DNA of 64,000 nt, from contig CDPCPM010000049.1 of NCBI GenBank assembly GCA_976551045.1, positions 1,798,001 through 1,862,000 on the forward strand, written 5' to 3'. Positions 49,835-63,215 of this stretch are shown one piece after another; position 1 is the first letter of the stretch; each line of letters opens with the position of its first letter. This DNA is from Glaucostegus cemiculus. Taxonomy: Eukaryota. The notes beneath the pieces are model-generated. The model searched no databases and was not told the DNA's origin. It saw only the letters and a program-made list of their open reading frames with translations. A program made the position numbers and the translations under genes.

Positions 49835-50745
49835 TTATAAAGAGCTATACAGCATGGAAAACAGGCCCTTCAGCCCAACTCATCCATGCCAACCAAGTTG
49901 CCTGACTGAGCTAGTACCATTTGCCTGTGTTTGGCCCATATCCCTCCATACCTTTCCAATCCCTGTACCTGTCTAAATGTCTTTTAAATGTTGTAATTAT
50001 ACCCATCTCTACCATTTCCTCTGGCAGCTCATTCCAAATACGCACCACTCTCTGTGTGGAAAAAGTTTCCCCTCAGGTCCCTTTTAAATCTTTCCCCTCC
50101 CACGTTAAACCAATGCCCTCTAGCTTTGGACTCCCCTACCCTGGGGAGAAGACTGTGGCTATTCACCTTATCTATGCCCCTAATAATTTATAAACATCTA
50201 TAATGTCACCCCTCAGTCTTCTACGCTCTAGGGGAAAAATATCCTCGCCTGCCCAACCTCTCCTTATAACTCAAACCCTCCAGTCCTGGTAACATTCCTG
50301 TAAATCTTTTTTGCACCCTTTCCAGTTTAATGACATCCTTGCAGCAGGGTGATCAGAACTGTACACAGTACTCGAAATGTGGCCTTACCAACTTCTTATT
50401 CAGCTGCAACGTGACTTTCTGTATTCAGTATGCTGACGAATGCCTTCTTCACCACCATGTCCACCTATGTCTCCATTTTCAGGGAACTATGTACCTGCAC
50501 CCCTTGGTCTCTATTCAACAACACTCCCCGGGGACCTACCATTTACTGCAACACCTCACACTTATCCAAGTTAAATTCATCTGCCATTCCTTGGCCCACT
50601 GCCCCAGTTGATCAAGATCCCATGGTAATCTTAGATAATCTTTGTCACTGTCCACTGAATCACCAATTGTACTGCCACCTGCAAACTTACTAACCATGTC
50701 ACTGACATTCTCATGCAAATTGTTGATATATATGATGAACAATTT
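49835..50745 (-). mobile_element. CR1 3' part, decayed
   Basis: Minus strand FIIYINNLHENVSDMVSKFAGGSTIG…WAKEWQM, then a CR1 3'UTR and tail. Confidence 0.85.
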
Positions 50746-51469
50746 TCATGGAGGGTCAAAAGAGTTATCTCATACCCATTTTTATAAATGAATCATGTTT
50801 ATAAATGCAATTAATTTGCATGCTTACCAGACAGTCTGTCGCACTTGCACAAGAAGCAATGTGTTCCTTGTTACCCTGCTTACTGCCAATGGCCACTTTG
50901 AAAAGACAAGTTCTTTTTAGTTTGTCTATGACTTGGACAGAGATCGCTGTCTCTACACTAGTGTTGGGTGAGCTTCCTGAAGTTACCTGAACAACGCCTT
51001 TATGACATGAGCTCCATTATCATTTCTCGTTAAAGAGAAATCCCACCACCATTGACACCAGGTACAAGAAATGGGGAATGAATTAACTTGCATTCCCAGT
51101 ATCATTTGAGCAAATAACAGCCTGAAACAGTTATTTTATCTCTCCACAGATGCTGCCCAATCTGCTGAGTATTTTCTGCACTTGCTATTTCACATTTCTA
51201 AGTTCTGCCGTTTTTTGTTTTGCTCATCAAAGTTAAAAATGGAGGCAGTTTTTGTGTTCAACAAGATCTTATTGATATAATTGAAGGAAATAGATCTGTG
51301 GCCTTTGCCTGTCTTGAAAAATTTTTCAAAAATTTATGGGAAGATTTGCGTAAAGTTAGATTTCCCTCAGCCAGGTCTTCCATAACCCACGGATTCCCTC
51401 ATACCTCTAATTTCCTCATTTATATGTTACCCTAAATCATCAGCAATACTTAGAGGCCTAAAAACAACT

Positions 51470-51720
51470 TCCACCAATGTTTCCAGCCCTGTGCTGCTTC
51501 TTAACACCGCCCAAACTGATTCTAAGTTCACACCATGATCTGCTGTGTCAGGATCCTCCTACCTATTGCACTGATGTCATCTCTCAATAAGAGCACTACT
51601 CTATCTCCTTTTCCTTTTTGCCTGCCTTTCTTTGCTGTCAGATACCCTGGAGAATTTAGTTCCCAGTGTTGTTCACTCAGTAGTCACATTTCTGTGAAGG
51701 CAGTTTCATCATACCAACTT
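51470..51720 (-). mobile_element. CR1 ORF2 endonuclease N-terminal remnant
   Basis: Minus strand YDETAFTEM*LLSEQHWELNSPGY…GRQKGKGDRVVLLLRDDI resembles ITETWL…WELNIPGY…GKGGGVALL. Confidence 0.7.
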
Positions 51721-52094
51721 TTCATCCATAATACTGATCTAAGAGGAAGAGGCTTAAAATTTAATAGTGAATTTCCTGTCGCTGAGTCTCTGCAAGATGT
51801 TTTTGGTTTCAGTTGTGAGTTATAACATCAAGCAGTGGACATAGCTCTGTAGTAGTGAGGCTTCACTCACAAAGTGTATTCAGTGCTTCCTCTCGGACAG
51901 CTGAATGTTTGCATGATCTGTGTTCCCATGCATTTTGGTCATGTGTCCACAGTGCCACAGAATCTGCATTCAGGGAGGTAATGTGAAATATAATGTTGCA
52001 CCTCATATGATCACAGGACAAAGTGCTTTGCAGCCTTTGCCTTGTTTGGTATGCAATCATTGTGGTGATGCAGGTTTAGATACATACTGCTGAA

Positions 52095-52225
52095 GCTAAA
52101 TACTGCTGACACTGGAATTCTGGAAGAAATTATTCTAAGCACTCAGCAGGTCAGTCAGCATCTGTGAAGAATATGAAGAGGGAAACAGACTTAACATTTC
52201 AGGTGGTTAAGCTTTCATCACTTGT
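52095..52225 (-). mobile_element. Penelope-type terminal repeat, single arm
   Basis: Plus strand CACTCAGCAGGTCAGTCAGCATCTGTG. Minus core GTGATGA…CCT-GAAA-TGTT. Confidence 0.6.
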
Positions 52226-52399
52226 CATGTATTGTTAATTATGAGTTGCCTAAAGTTTCATGTCAGTGGGAAATGTGTCTCGGATTTTCTTGCAATATAG
52301 AAAGATGTTATTCAACTCATCAAGTCAATGCCAGCTCACAGAGAAAGCTCTTCAACTCCATTTCCCTATTTTGTTCCCTGAAAACTATTGTCTTTCACA

Positions 52400-52632
52400 T
52401 GTCCATTAACATCCCTGATTCTCCCACCAGCCACCTACACTCGGGTTAATTTACAATGGCAAATTATTCCAGAAACCAGCACACCACTGAGATGTGGGAG
52501 GAAACCAGAGTACCAGAGGAACCCCACACCGTCACAGGGAGAAAATGCAAAGCCTACACAGACAGCTGCCGGCGTCAGAATCGAGCCTGGGTCACTAGAG
52601 CTCTGAGACTCCTGAACTACCATTGTGCCACT
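52400..52632 (-). mobile_element. V-SINE
   Basis: Plus strand GGGAGGAAACCAGAGTACCAGAGGAACCCCAC and head remnant. Confidence 0.7.
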
Positions 52633-52865
52633 CCATTCACTTGAGTTATCTCATTATCGTAAAGTATGCTCGTGCCAGGGTAAAGAAGACACAACACAAT
52701 TATTTGCTTACCCAACCACTCAGCTACTTTGGCACTGATCCTTGACACTGGAAAGAGCATTCTATAAAAACCAGTCTACTTGCAATAAGAGCATTCATGG
52801 TCAATATTTGCAGCATTGAAATGCATGTGTTTGTTCTGAAGGATTACAAGCCAGTTCATGAAGTT

Positions 52866-54427
52866 AGATAAGTTGCCGGGATCGGATGAGATGTACCGCA
52901 GGTTACTGTGGGAGGTGAGGCAGGAGATTGCGGAGCCGCTGACAATGATCTCTCCATCGTCGATGGAGATGGGGGGAGGTTCCGGAAGATTGGAGGGTTG
53001 CGGATGTTGTTCCCTTACTCATGAAGGGGAGTAGGGATAGCCTGGGAAATTAGAGACTGGTGAGTCTTACCTCAGTGGTTGGTAAGCTGATGGAGAGGAT
53101 CCTGAGAGGCAGGATTTATGAACATTTGGAGAGGTATAGTATGATTAGGAATAGTCAGCATAGCTTTGTTAAGGGCAGGTCCTGTCTTACAAGCCTGATA
53201 GAATTTTTTGGGGATGTGACTAAGCACATCACTGAAAGGAGAGCGGTAGATGTAGTGTAGATGGATTTCAGCAAGGCGTTTGTTAAGGTGCCCCATGCGA
53301 GGCTTATGGAGAAGGTGAGGAGACATGGGATCCAAGGGGACATTGCAGTGTGGATCCTGAACTGGCTGGCCCACAGAAGGCAAAGAGTGGTTGTTGAAGG
53401 GTTGTATTCTGAGTAGAGGTCGGTGACCAGTGGTGTGCCTCAGGGGTCTGTACTGGGACCCTTACTCTTTGTCATTTTTATAAATGACCTGGATGAGGAA
53501 GTGGAGGGGTGGGTTAGTAAGCTTGCGGATGACACGAAGGTTGGTGGTGTTGTGGATAGTCTGGAGGACTGTCAGATGTTGCAGAGGGACATAGACAGGA
53601 CGCAAAGTTGGGCTGAGAAGTGGCAGATGCAGTTCAACCCAGATAAATGTGAAGTGGTTCATTTTGGTAGGTCGAATATGTTGGCGGAATATGGTATTAA
53701 TGGTAGGACTCTTGTCAGTGTGGAGGATCAGAGGGATCTTGGGGACCGAGTCCATAGGACGCTCAAGGCGGCTGCGCAGGTTGACTCTGTGGTTAAGAAG
53801 GCATATGGTGTATTGTCCTTCATCAGTCGCGGAATTGAATTTAGGAGCCGAGAGATATTGTTGCAGCTATATAGGTCCCTGGTCAGACCCCACTTGGAGT
53901 ATTGTGCTCAGTTCTGGTCACCTCACTACAGGAAAGATGTGGAAGCCATAGAGAGGGTGCAGAGGAGGTTTACGAGGATGCTGCCTGGAATTTGGATCTT
54001 GCCTTATGAGAGCAGGTTGCGAGAACTCGGCCTTTTCTCCTTGGGGGGAAGGTAGAGAGGGGGGACCTGATAGAGGTGTATAAGATGATGAGAGGTATTG
54101 ATCGGGTAGATACTCAGAGGCTTTTCCCCAGGGCTGAAATGGTGGCCACAAGAGGACATAGGTTTAAGGTGCTGGGGAGTAGATATAGAGGAGATGTCAG
54201 GAGAAAGTTTTTTTTTACTCAGAGTGGTGAGTGTGTGGAATGGGCTGCCGGAGGCAGTGGTGGAGGTGGATACGATAGGGTCTTTCAAGAGACTGTTAGA
54301 TAGGTACATGGAGCTAGGTAAAATAGAGGGCTATGTGTAAGCCTAGAAATTTCTAGTGTGGGGATATGTTCGGCACAGCTTTGTAAGCCGAAGGGCCTGA
54401 ATTGTGCTGTAGTTTTTCTATGTTCTA
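52866..54427 (+). mobile_element. CR1 LINE, 5'-truncated, RT with in-frame stops
   Basis: DKLPGSDEMYRRLL…VSLTSVVGKLMERIL…SGVPQGSVLGPLLFVIFINDL…LADDTK…FWSPHYRKD. TAG stops near 53258, 53413 and 54053. TTCTATGTTCTA tail. Confidence 0.95.
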
Positions 54428-54677
54428 AACAGAAACTGAAGGGGCAAATGGAACACAGAGGCATAACATGGTCAATAGACTGCATGTGCACCCTGAACTT
54501 TGGCCCAGGACAGAAGAAAAAATAAAACACTTGTCAAACTACATGCAAAGCATAGCAAAAGCAATAGAAGACAATGATAAGTTACTGGTTGAACAATTGT
54601 ATGATCCAGGTCAGTTGTCCACCCATATGGGATGAATATCTGTATTTACTGTTTAAATGCCACAACTACTTGTAACT

Positions 54678-54880
54678 TGGAGCAACAAACAATCTGCTGG
54701 AGGAACTCAGCCGGTTGAGCAGCATCTGTGGGGGAAAGGAATTGTCCTGGTGCAGGGTTTCGACCTGAAATGGCAACAATACCTCTCTCCCTACAGATGC
54801 TGCTCGACCCACTGAGTTCCTCCAGCAGATTATGTGTTGCTCCAGATGCCAGCATCTGCAGCCTCTCGTGTCTCCATTTT
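54678..54880. mobile_element. Penelope-type fold-back element with 10-bp flanking duplication
   Basis: Arms AATCTGCTGGAGGAACTCAG…GAGCAGCATCTGT / ACAGATGCTGCTC…CTGAGTTCCTCCAGCAGATT. TGTAACTTGG occurs at 54671-54680 and 54887-54896. Confidence 0.8.
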
Positions 54881-57054
54881 ACAACATGTAACTTGGTGGA
54901 AAAGCCTGCGAGCAGTTTCCCTACATGTGAATACACCGCCTGCATCCTGAGGCCAGACCACAAGGTGTCAACCCTCCTACTTATCACTGTCCACTGAGTT
55001 CAGCATTTCCATCTTACAAACTGAGCTGGGCAATCCCCCTATTTTAGACTGGGACATGCAGGGATCTTTGTGTTTGCCAGCCTCTGGAGAGGCACATGCA
55101 CACACATATATTGGTATTTGGTGAACAAGTGCACCTGCACCAATGACCTAATCAGAATTTTCTTTGGAGGCAGGTGGTGAAAAGGCAGGAAGGGCCAATC
55201 CTCCAACTTGGCCCACTTTGCACACCCTGATTAAAGAGCATCCCAAACTGTCAGTGCACTAAGCTGCAGGTTTCAAAAAGATATCTGAATCTTCATCCTC
55301 CCTTATATTTGTAGAACTGGGGATTTATTTGGCTTTGCAACTGGAACTCTAACTTCAAAGCCTAATTAAATTCCAGTTGGTTATTGATTTTGACATATCC
55401 ACCATTACCAGCACATAGCTGGTTTAGGGATTTGATTGTCTAGACTTGAAGACTTTCCAATCCATCATCACAGAAATATAGCTTTTCCTGTACATGATGC
55501 TGGTTTATTCCTCTGCTCTTCATTCACTTTTATTGTCCCCTGTCCTGTACAAACTCTGGCAAGTTTGAGTCTGCAGTGGAAACTTGAAGTATGTAACTAT
55601 TGCTGTGTGCCTTCTTGAAGTGGGCTTAGAGTAATGCCTTGACAATGACAATCGTTTTCCTCGGGTAGAATAAACTATTAATGGTAATGTGCTCATATGC
55701 TAAGCCTTCGTGGGCTTGAGCTGTAAGGCTCCTAATTTATCATACTCTATATTACACTTAGCCTTTTAAGCCTACTCTACCATTTTGATAACCATGATCT
55801 TCTCCATCTCCTCCATTCCCATTTCCTGCCCTTATTCCGTGCACATTTCATTTCATTTTTAAATGTCAATTGTTTCTGTGTATGTAGTGCTCCTGGGGTT
55901 GCACTCCACATTCTGAGGCTGCTTTTGTATGAATGCATTTTTTCCTTAATCTATTTTGAAGCAGATTGCAAAGTCATTAACTTCATGTGAAATGCTTTTC
56001 AGTGTTTTTCGTTTCAGGGAAAGACACCCATTCATGCAAAAATTCCTTTCTTAAATGGCCTAATTTTAATTGTAATACTGGATTCCTGAATTGAAAGGAA
56101 GATTGGTTTCCTATCTATACTGTCAATTCCCATCGCTGTTTTAATTACTGTCAGGTCTCCTTGTTATCTCTAGAGAATATAGGACATATTCAAAAGCCAC
56201 AGATGAAACTTCATTGGTAAAGAATGCTTGAGAATTCGGGTGGTGTAGGGTTTTGGTCTGGGTCATCCCTTTAAAAGGTTCTCATCACTTTGGTGGTCCC
56301 TTTCTGCTCAAGGGCTGTCAGTTATACATCTATAACTATCTCTTTATCTTTCTAATTATTTTACTGACTTAATATACCATTCTATCAACTGTTTGAGAAA
56401 CTACCCCTGCCAGTTGGAGTGAGTGGGTCATTTAAATTGTGGGGCAACCTTTACATCGCCACCTTGTTGCAGATATAATTCTTGAGCAGGGTTTTAATTA
56501 TTATTTGTCTGACAGCTGTTCTATGGGCAACAATCATATAAAACAAACTGAAACGTTGACCAGGATTGGCTCACTTTTGTTTGTATTGTAAATATTAATT
56601 ATGAAATCAGATCAGTCTGAGAAAAGAATCACCATTTCAAGGTGACTGGTGATCTAATTACTCAGCTCTTCAAAGATAAAATCAGCCTAAGGCAAACTCC
56701 TTCCAATAGACCTTGTATTATATTCAGGTCACTGCTCACCTGTTATGTTTTCTTGTAAGTTAGTAGGAGCATATTGGATACCTGTTAAAACTTGTGAGTA
56801 CATTTTCAATTCAATTTTCTTCCATTTGCCTACATTACTTGTCTCTTGTGGTAGAAGAACAAGCTCACTTTCACTTCAAACTATAAAGATTCTTGAATCA
56901 GAGAATGTCTGTTCAGCACTGCCAGTGTGTAATTTTAAATTAAAATGTCATGGGAATTGTGTCCATAGTGTAAGGAGACACAGTTGGGCTGAAGCTGCAG
57001 CAGCCTTTTGTAGACTGATTAGTGTTGGGACAATAAATATTATAATTGTCAGAA

Positions 57055-59220
57055 TCAAAATTAGGTTTATTATCACTGACGTATATCATGAAATTTGTTG
57101 TTTTGCGGCAGCAATACAGAGCAACACATAAAAATTACTATGTTACCAAAACAAAAGGTGCAAAAGAGGAATAACGAGGTAGTTATTGGGTTTATGGAAT
57201 ATTCAGAAGTCTGATGGTAGAGGGGAAGAAACTGTTCCTAAAACATTGAGTGTGGGTCTTCAGGCTTCTGTACCTCCTCCCTGATGGAAGTAACAAGAAG
57301 AGGGCATGTCCCGCCGGTGAAGGTCCTTAGTGATGGATGCCACCTTCTTGAGGCACTGCCTTTTGAAGATGTCAAAAGGAATGCCCAGGGAATTATAGAC
57401 CGGTGAGTCTTACCTCAGTGGTTGGTAAGCTGATGGAGAAGATCCTGAGAGGCAGGATTTATGAACATTTGGAGAGGTATAATATGAGAGGAACAGTCAG
57501 CATGGCTTTGTCAAGGGCAGGTCCTGCCTTACGAGCCTGATTGAATTTTTTGTGACTAAACACATTGATGAAGGGAGAGCAGTAGATGTAGTGTATATGG
57601 ATTTCAGCAAGGCATTTGATAAGGTACCCCATGCAAGGCTTTTGGGGAAGGTGAGGAGACATGGGATCCAAGGGGACATTGCAGTGTGGATCCAGAACTG
57701 GACGGCTCACAGAAGGCAAAGAGTGGTCGTTGAAGGGTCATATTCTGAGGGGAGGTCGATGACCAGTGGTGTGCCTCAGGGGTCTGTACTGGGACCCTTA
57801 CTCTTTGTCATTTTTATAAATGACCTGGATGAGGAAGTGGAGGGGTGGGTTAGTAAGCTTGCGGATGACACGAAGGTTGGTGGTGTTGTGGATGGTTTGG
57901 AGGGCTGTCAGCGGTTACAGAGGGACATAGACAGGATGCAAAGTTGGGCTGAGCAGTGGCAGATGCAGTTCAACCCAGATGAATGCGAAGTGGTTCATTT
58001 TAGTAGGTTGAATATGTTGGTGGAATATAGTATTAATGGTAGGTCTCTTGGCAGTGTGGGATCAGAGGGATCTTGGGGACCGAGTCCAAAGGACGCTCAA
58101 AGCGGCTGCGCATGTTGACTCTGTGGTTAAGAAGTCATATGGTGTATTGTCCTTCATCAATTGTGAAATTGAATTTAGGAGCCGAGAGGTATTGTTGCAG
58201 CTATATAGGTCCCTGGTCAGACCCCACTTGGAGTATTGTGCTCAGTTCTGGTCGCCTCACTACAGGAAAGATGTGGAAGCCATAGAGAGGGTGCAGAGGA
58301 GATTTATAAGGATGCTGCCTGGAATGCGGAACATGCCTTATGAAAGCAGGTTGTAGGAACTCGGCCTTTTCTCCTTGGAGAGACTGAGGGTGAGGGGGGA
58401 CCTGAGATAAGATGATGAGACGTATTGATCGGGTGGATAGTCAGAGGCTTTTCCCCAGGGCTGAAATGGTGGCCACAAGAGGACATAAGTTTAAGGTGCT
58501 GGGAAGTAGATATGGAGGAGATGTCAGGGGAATGTTTTTTTTTACTCAGAGAGTGGTAAGTGTATGGAATGGGCTGCCGGAAACAGTGGTGGAGGTGGAT
58601 ACAATAGGGTCTTTCAAGAGATTGTTGGATAGGTACATGGAGCTGAGTAAAATAGAGGGCTATGGGTAAGCCTAGTAATTTCTAGAGACATGTTTGGCAC
58701 AGCTTTGTGGGCCGAAGGGTCTGAATTGTGCTGTAGATTTTTTATGTTTCTATGTCCTTGATGGTGGGGAGGTTGTGCCCATGATGGAGATGGCTGAGTC
58801 TACAACCCTCTGCAGCCTCTTTTGATCCTGCACATTGGAGCCTCCATGCCAGGTGGTGATGCAACCAATGAGAATATTCTCCACTATACACCTGTGGAAA
58901 TTTGCAACAGTCTTTGGTGACCTACCAAATCTCCTCAAACTCCTAATGAAGTAGAGTCGTTGGTGTACCTTCTTCGTGTTTGCATCAATGTGTTGGCCCA
59001 GGATAGATCCTCTGAGATGTTGATGCCCAGAAATTGAAGCTGCTCACCCTTTCCACCACTGACCCCTCAATGAGAACTGATGTGTGTTCTCCCGACTTCC
59101 CCTTCTTGAATTCTGCAAACAATTCCTTGCTCTTGCTGACATTGAGTGTGAGGTTGTTGTTGCAACACTACTCAACCAGCCGATCTATCTCACTCCTGTA
59201 AACCTCCTGGTCACCATCTG
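57055..59220 (-). mobile_element. Rex1/Babar LINE 3' part, split by a CR1 insertion
   Basis: Minus ORF RRFGRSPKTVANFHRCIVENILIGCITTWHGGSNVQDQKRLQRVVDSA (58750-58938) continues past the CR1 into KKVASITKDLHRRDM…LPSGRRYRSLKTHTQCFRNSFFP (57375-57210). Confidence 0.85.
57373..58755 (+). mobile_element. CR1 LINE, 5'-truncated, frameshifted; same subfamily as 52866-54427
   Basis: RT motifs DVVYMDFSKAFDKVPH, GVPQGSVLGPLLF, LADDTK. Long near-identical stretches with the 52.9 kb copy. Confidence 0.95.
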
Positions 59221-61009
59221 AGTTGAATCTGAATTGTGGATTCCAATCAAATGCTTGTTAACAAATGCTAATTTGCATGGCGTTGGGTCACGTGCTTGAG
59301 GCATGGAAGTTACTTTGATTGGCAAATATAATTATGTTATAGAGAGATTATCCTGGAGCTATTGTTCAATTAAAAACAAGCACCCAGGACAAGTTGTGAA
59401 TATTCATCAGTGTTGTGACAAGAGCAGCATCCAGCCAATAGATCAGAAGATACCAAGTTCAAGTCTGAGCACAAACTTTGGGACATCAATTCAGTGAGGT
59501 ACTTTGGGAGTGTTGCAAAGTCTGAATGCCGTTGTCAGGAGGAAGGTCAAGCCAATGCTCTGGCTGCCAAATTAAGTGGATATAAAATAATCACATGGCA
59601 AAATTTGATGAACAAATTCTTTTCTTGATCCTGCCAAAATGTGTTCCTCAATCATTATCACAGAAATGCTTCATTTTTTTTTCATTTATCTCTTTGCTGT
59701 TTACATGAGCTTGCTGTGTACAATTTGGTTACATTCCAAGGGAGCGTTTCAAAAATACCTCATTGGTGGGGAGGTGCTTTGGTATCCCCTGACATTGTGG
59801 AAGGCACAACATAAATTTACCTATGTCCTTATGATGGTGCTGTTTGGAAGTGAAGTGCCATTTTAACAATATAGATTGCAACATCTTGTGAATAATCACC
59901 CCATTATGCCCTCTGATGATTTTGTTTGTTTCAATGAGGTGACCTCTCATTTTTCTGAATGTGCTGCATTACTGAAACAAAGCAAGATTCCTGAAGCAAT
60001 GCTACTCACACACCAACCATAACTTTGCAAAAGTGGACACAGCTTTGTTATTTCCTCTTCAAATTCTACTATTTATTTAATGTTACGGTCAAAATAGTTG
60101 TTCAAGATGTAAAGATTTAATCTTTATTTTCCTTTAATTTCTTCCCTTGAAGGATATTCTTATCCTTTATTGCTTCAGAGAACCTGTGGCTCTAGTTGAG
60201 ATCGTATCTCATCAATCAGAGAGGATTTTCTCTTCTGTTAGATCTCCCCTGTTCTGTGCCTGGCCAGACCTGGCAGGATAATTCCAGTCACATATAGAAT
60301 GAGCAGAAACGCACCATTTGGCACAAGAGTTTTATGCTCTACCTGAATATCTTCCTATCTCTTTTCATTTGAGCCTATCATCAGATATCTCATTCTTTTC
60401 TCTGGTGTATAATCTAGTCTAATGAGCTCCAGTTGTAATCTTTGACACTTACAAACCACTATTTTGAAGACCTACTATTACGTCCCTTCCCTTCTGTTTT
60501 CCACAGAATAGGTTTCTAATGAGTCTGTCTCCATTTCTATCAGTACCTCTATATTCCTTTATAGTCCAGATCTGAGTGTGGTTTTCCGTGTGGTCCAGTT
60601 AAGATGGTGTCAGTGTTGTATGTATGAAGTCAGAATAATCACTCCTTCTGACCCAACACAGGAATGTGTTCCAGACATTCAATCATCCTCCTTACAAATA
60701 TCATTGGCCCACCAACCACACCTACCCTCACAGTTTTTGTGTGGCTGCCATTTACCTCTTGAGGGTTGGTGGGATCAATCAGCCTGAAGATCTGGATTCC
60801 ATAGCCATTCTGCATATCAAAGCTGGCCCAGAGTATCATCTAGGTCTAAGATGGTGGATCCATAGGCCCTGTCTGACCTACAGAATACCCTGACAGACTT
60901 TTGACAGCTTACCATTGTTGAGAGCTTTTTAACTGATTTTAAATGCCTCTTATACAGAAACTGTGGCACAACAACTGTGACAAACTCAGTTGCTTGGCTG
61001 AACTTAGTA

Positions 61010-61795
61010 GGTTTATTATTGATGCATGTACTGAGATACAGTGAAAAGCTTTGTTTTGTATGGCATCCATACAGATCATTTCATCACAAGAGTACATCAA
61101 GGTAATAAAAGGGAAACGCAATAACAGAATGTAGAATATAGTGTTATGGTTACAGAGAAAGTGTAGGCAGACAATAAGGAACAAAGTCATAAGGCAGATT
61201 GTGAGGTCAAGAGTTGATCTTATCGTACAAGAGGTCTGTTCAATAGTCATATAACAACAGATAGAAGATGTCCTTGAGCTTGGTGGTACATGCTTTCAGG
61301 CTTTTGTACCTTCTGCCTGATGGGAGGGGGAGAAGAGAGAATGTCTGGGGTGGGAGGAGTCTTTGACTATGAAGGCTGCTTTTCCAAGGCAGCGAGAAGT
61401 GGAGACAGAGTATACAGAGGGGAGGCTTGGTTTTGTGATGTGCTGAGCTGTGTCCACGTCTCTCTGCAGTTTCTTGCAGTCTTGGACAGAGCAGTTACCA
61501 TACCAAGCAGTGATGTGTCTGGATAAGATGCATCATATGGTGCATCTATAAAAATTGGTGAGGGTCAATGGGAACATGTCAAATTTCCTTAGCCTCCTGA
61601 GGAAGTGGAGGCACTGGTGTGCTTTCTTGACCATAGCATCTACGTGGTTGGTCTAGGGAAGATTATTGGTGATGTTCACACCTAGCTCTCAACCCTTGCG
61701 ATTAAAGCACTATTGAAGTAAAGAGGAGCATGTGCACCACACTCCCTTCTTATAGTCAACAATCATCTCTTTTGTTTTGCTGACATTAAGGGAAA
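61010..61795 (-). mobile_element. Rex1/Babar LINE 3' fragment
   Basis: Tail GGTTTATTATTGATGCATGTACTGAGATACAGTGAAAAGC. Minus strand encodes LHFLRRLRKFDM…NFYRCTI…VKDSSHPRHSLFSP. Confidence 0.85.
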
Positions 61796-62094
61796 ATTGT
61801 CCTCACATTGACTTCCCCATAAATTCCACACTCTGTCTTCAATTCAAATGTGTAGCTATGGGCACTTGTCATGTGAAAGGTCATGTGACACCACTGAGTA
61901 CTGGTCAAAAATGACACCACTGTCAATCAGGGTATAGCCCCACCCAGCCATTTGGCAGCACACTCTGACCATTGGTCCCTGTGCACACCTCTTATACCTG
62001 GCCAGAACCCATTGGACTTCTTGAATTACCTGAGCTAGTTCCAACCAGCACTCCAGCACAATAAAGGATGCCACATGAGTGTGGCCCTTGCTCA

Positions 62095-62478
62095 TAACGT
62101 AACTTTCTGACTTTTGAACTCAATGCCTCGACTAATAAAGGTAATCATGGTATCTGCCATTTTTACCACCCTATCAACCTGTGCAGCCACTTTCAGGGAG
62201 CCCATGATCCCTCCGTACATCAGTGCTGTTAAGGGTCCTGCCATTAACAGTGTACCATTCCTATAAATTTGATCTTCCAAAGTGCAATACCTCATATTTA
62301 CTTTCTCTGAATTAAAGAATATTAATTCTACTAGGAAATTATTTCTCTCTAAACACTACTTCCATCAGTTGCAGACATTGCTTTCATTTTTACTTTAGTT
62401 GCTGAAGAAATTGAGATACTCACCTGATCCAACCTAGCAATCAGCTGCCTCCCTGACCTCACCTTTGGAGCTCCACTT
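62095..62478 (-). mobile_element. Second copy of the 5'-segment/CR1-RT chimera
   Basis: Aligns by eye with 47981-48434 across the junction between RT and unique segment. Confidence 0.85.
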
Positions 62479-62939
62479 GAACTTAGCTGAGCAATCTTTC
62501 ACATTGTTGGATAAATACCTATGATGTGACAGTACTGGATGGCTTGGCTTGAGGTGTAGCTAGTTCTGGAGCCCAGGGTTTCAGCAAAGCAGCCAGGATG
62601 TTGTCCAGTGCCTTAGCCTCTGCTGCTTCCAGTATTGTTGGTCATTTCCTGATATCCCAGTAGTAGTGGAGATCTCAAAAGGAAGCTGAGATGGATCACC
62701 TATTCATCTCCTCTGGCTGTAGGTGCTTTGTCTTGGTCTTTGGAAGTTGAGCGCCTGGCTCTTTTTATTGGTGAGAAGGGGGATGTTCTTGAAACTTCCT
62801 CCTCCTCCCTTTTGTCTCTTAATTGTCCACTGCAATTCATGACTGGATGTGACAGGGCAGCATTGGTCGCACAGTTGTGGTATTGTTTGGCTCTGTCCGT
62901 TGCCTTCTGCTTCTCAGAAAAACTGTAGTCCCAACGGTG

Positions 62940-63215
62940 TTAACTTGTTCAACTCCAGCCTCCACCTGCTCCCCATCACCCAATGCATTCAGTTGAATCT
63001 CCTTGTCTTCACCCACTGCCCATTACCTCTTCAAACCTCTGGAATCTCCATCTTATCAACAAACAGCATCTGCTCATCCAATCTGTCCCTGCTTCACCTC
63101 TCTCCTTACAACACATTCCTTTAAGGACCGTTCAGGCATGATCTGAACCACTCTCCCTAAATTGCTGCGTTTTTGATGTACCTTCTTGTAAAAGCCTCCT
63201 CAAAAGCTATGTCAC
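62940..63215 (+). mobile_element. Highly decayed L2-clade LINE 3' remnant
   Basis: SSLHLLPITQCIQLNLLVF resembles LHWLPI..RI.FKIL. A later AAAAGCCTCCTCAAAAGCTAT resembles FK.LLKT. Confidence 0.45.
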
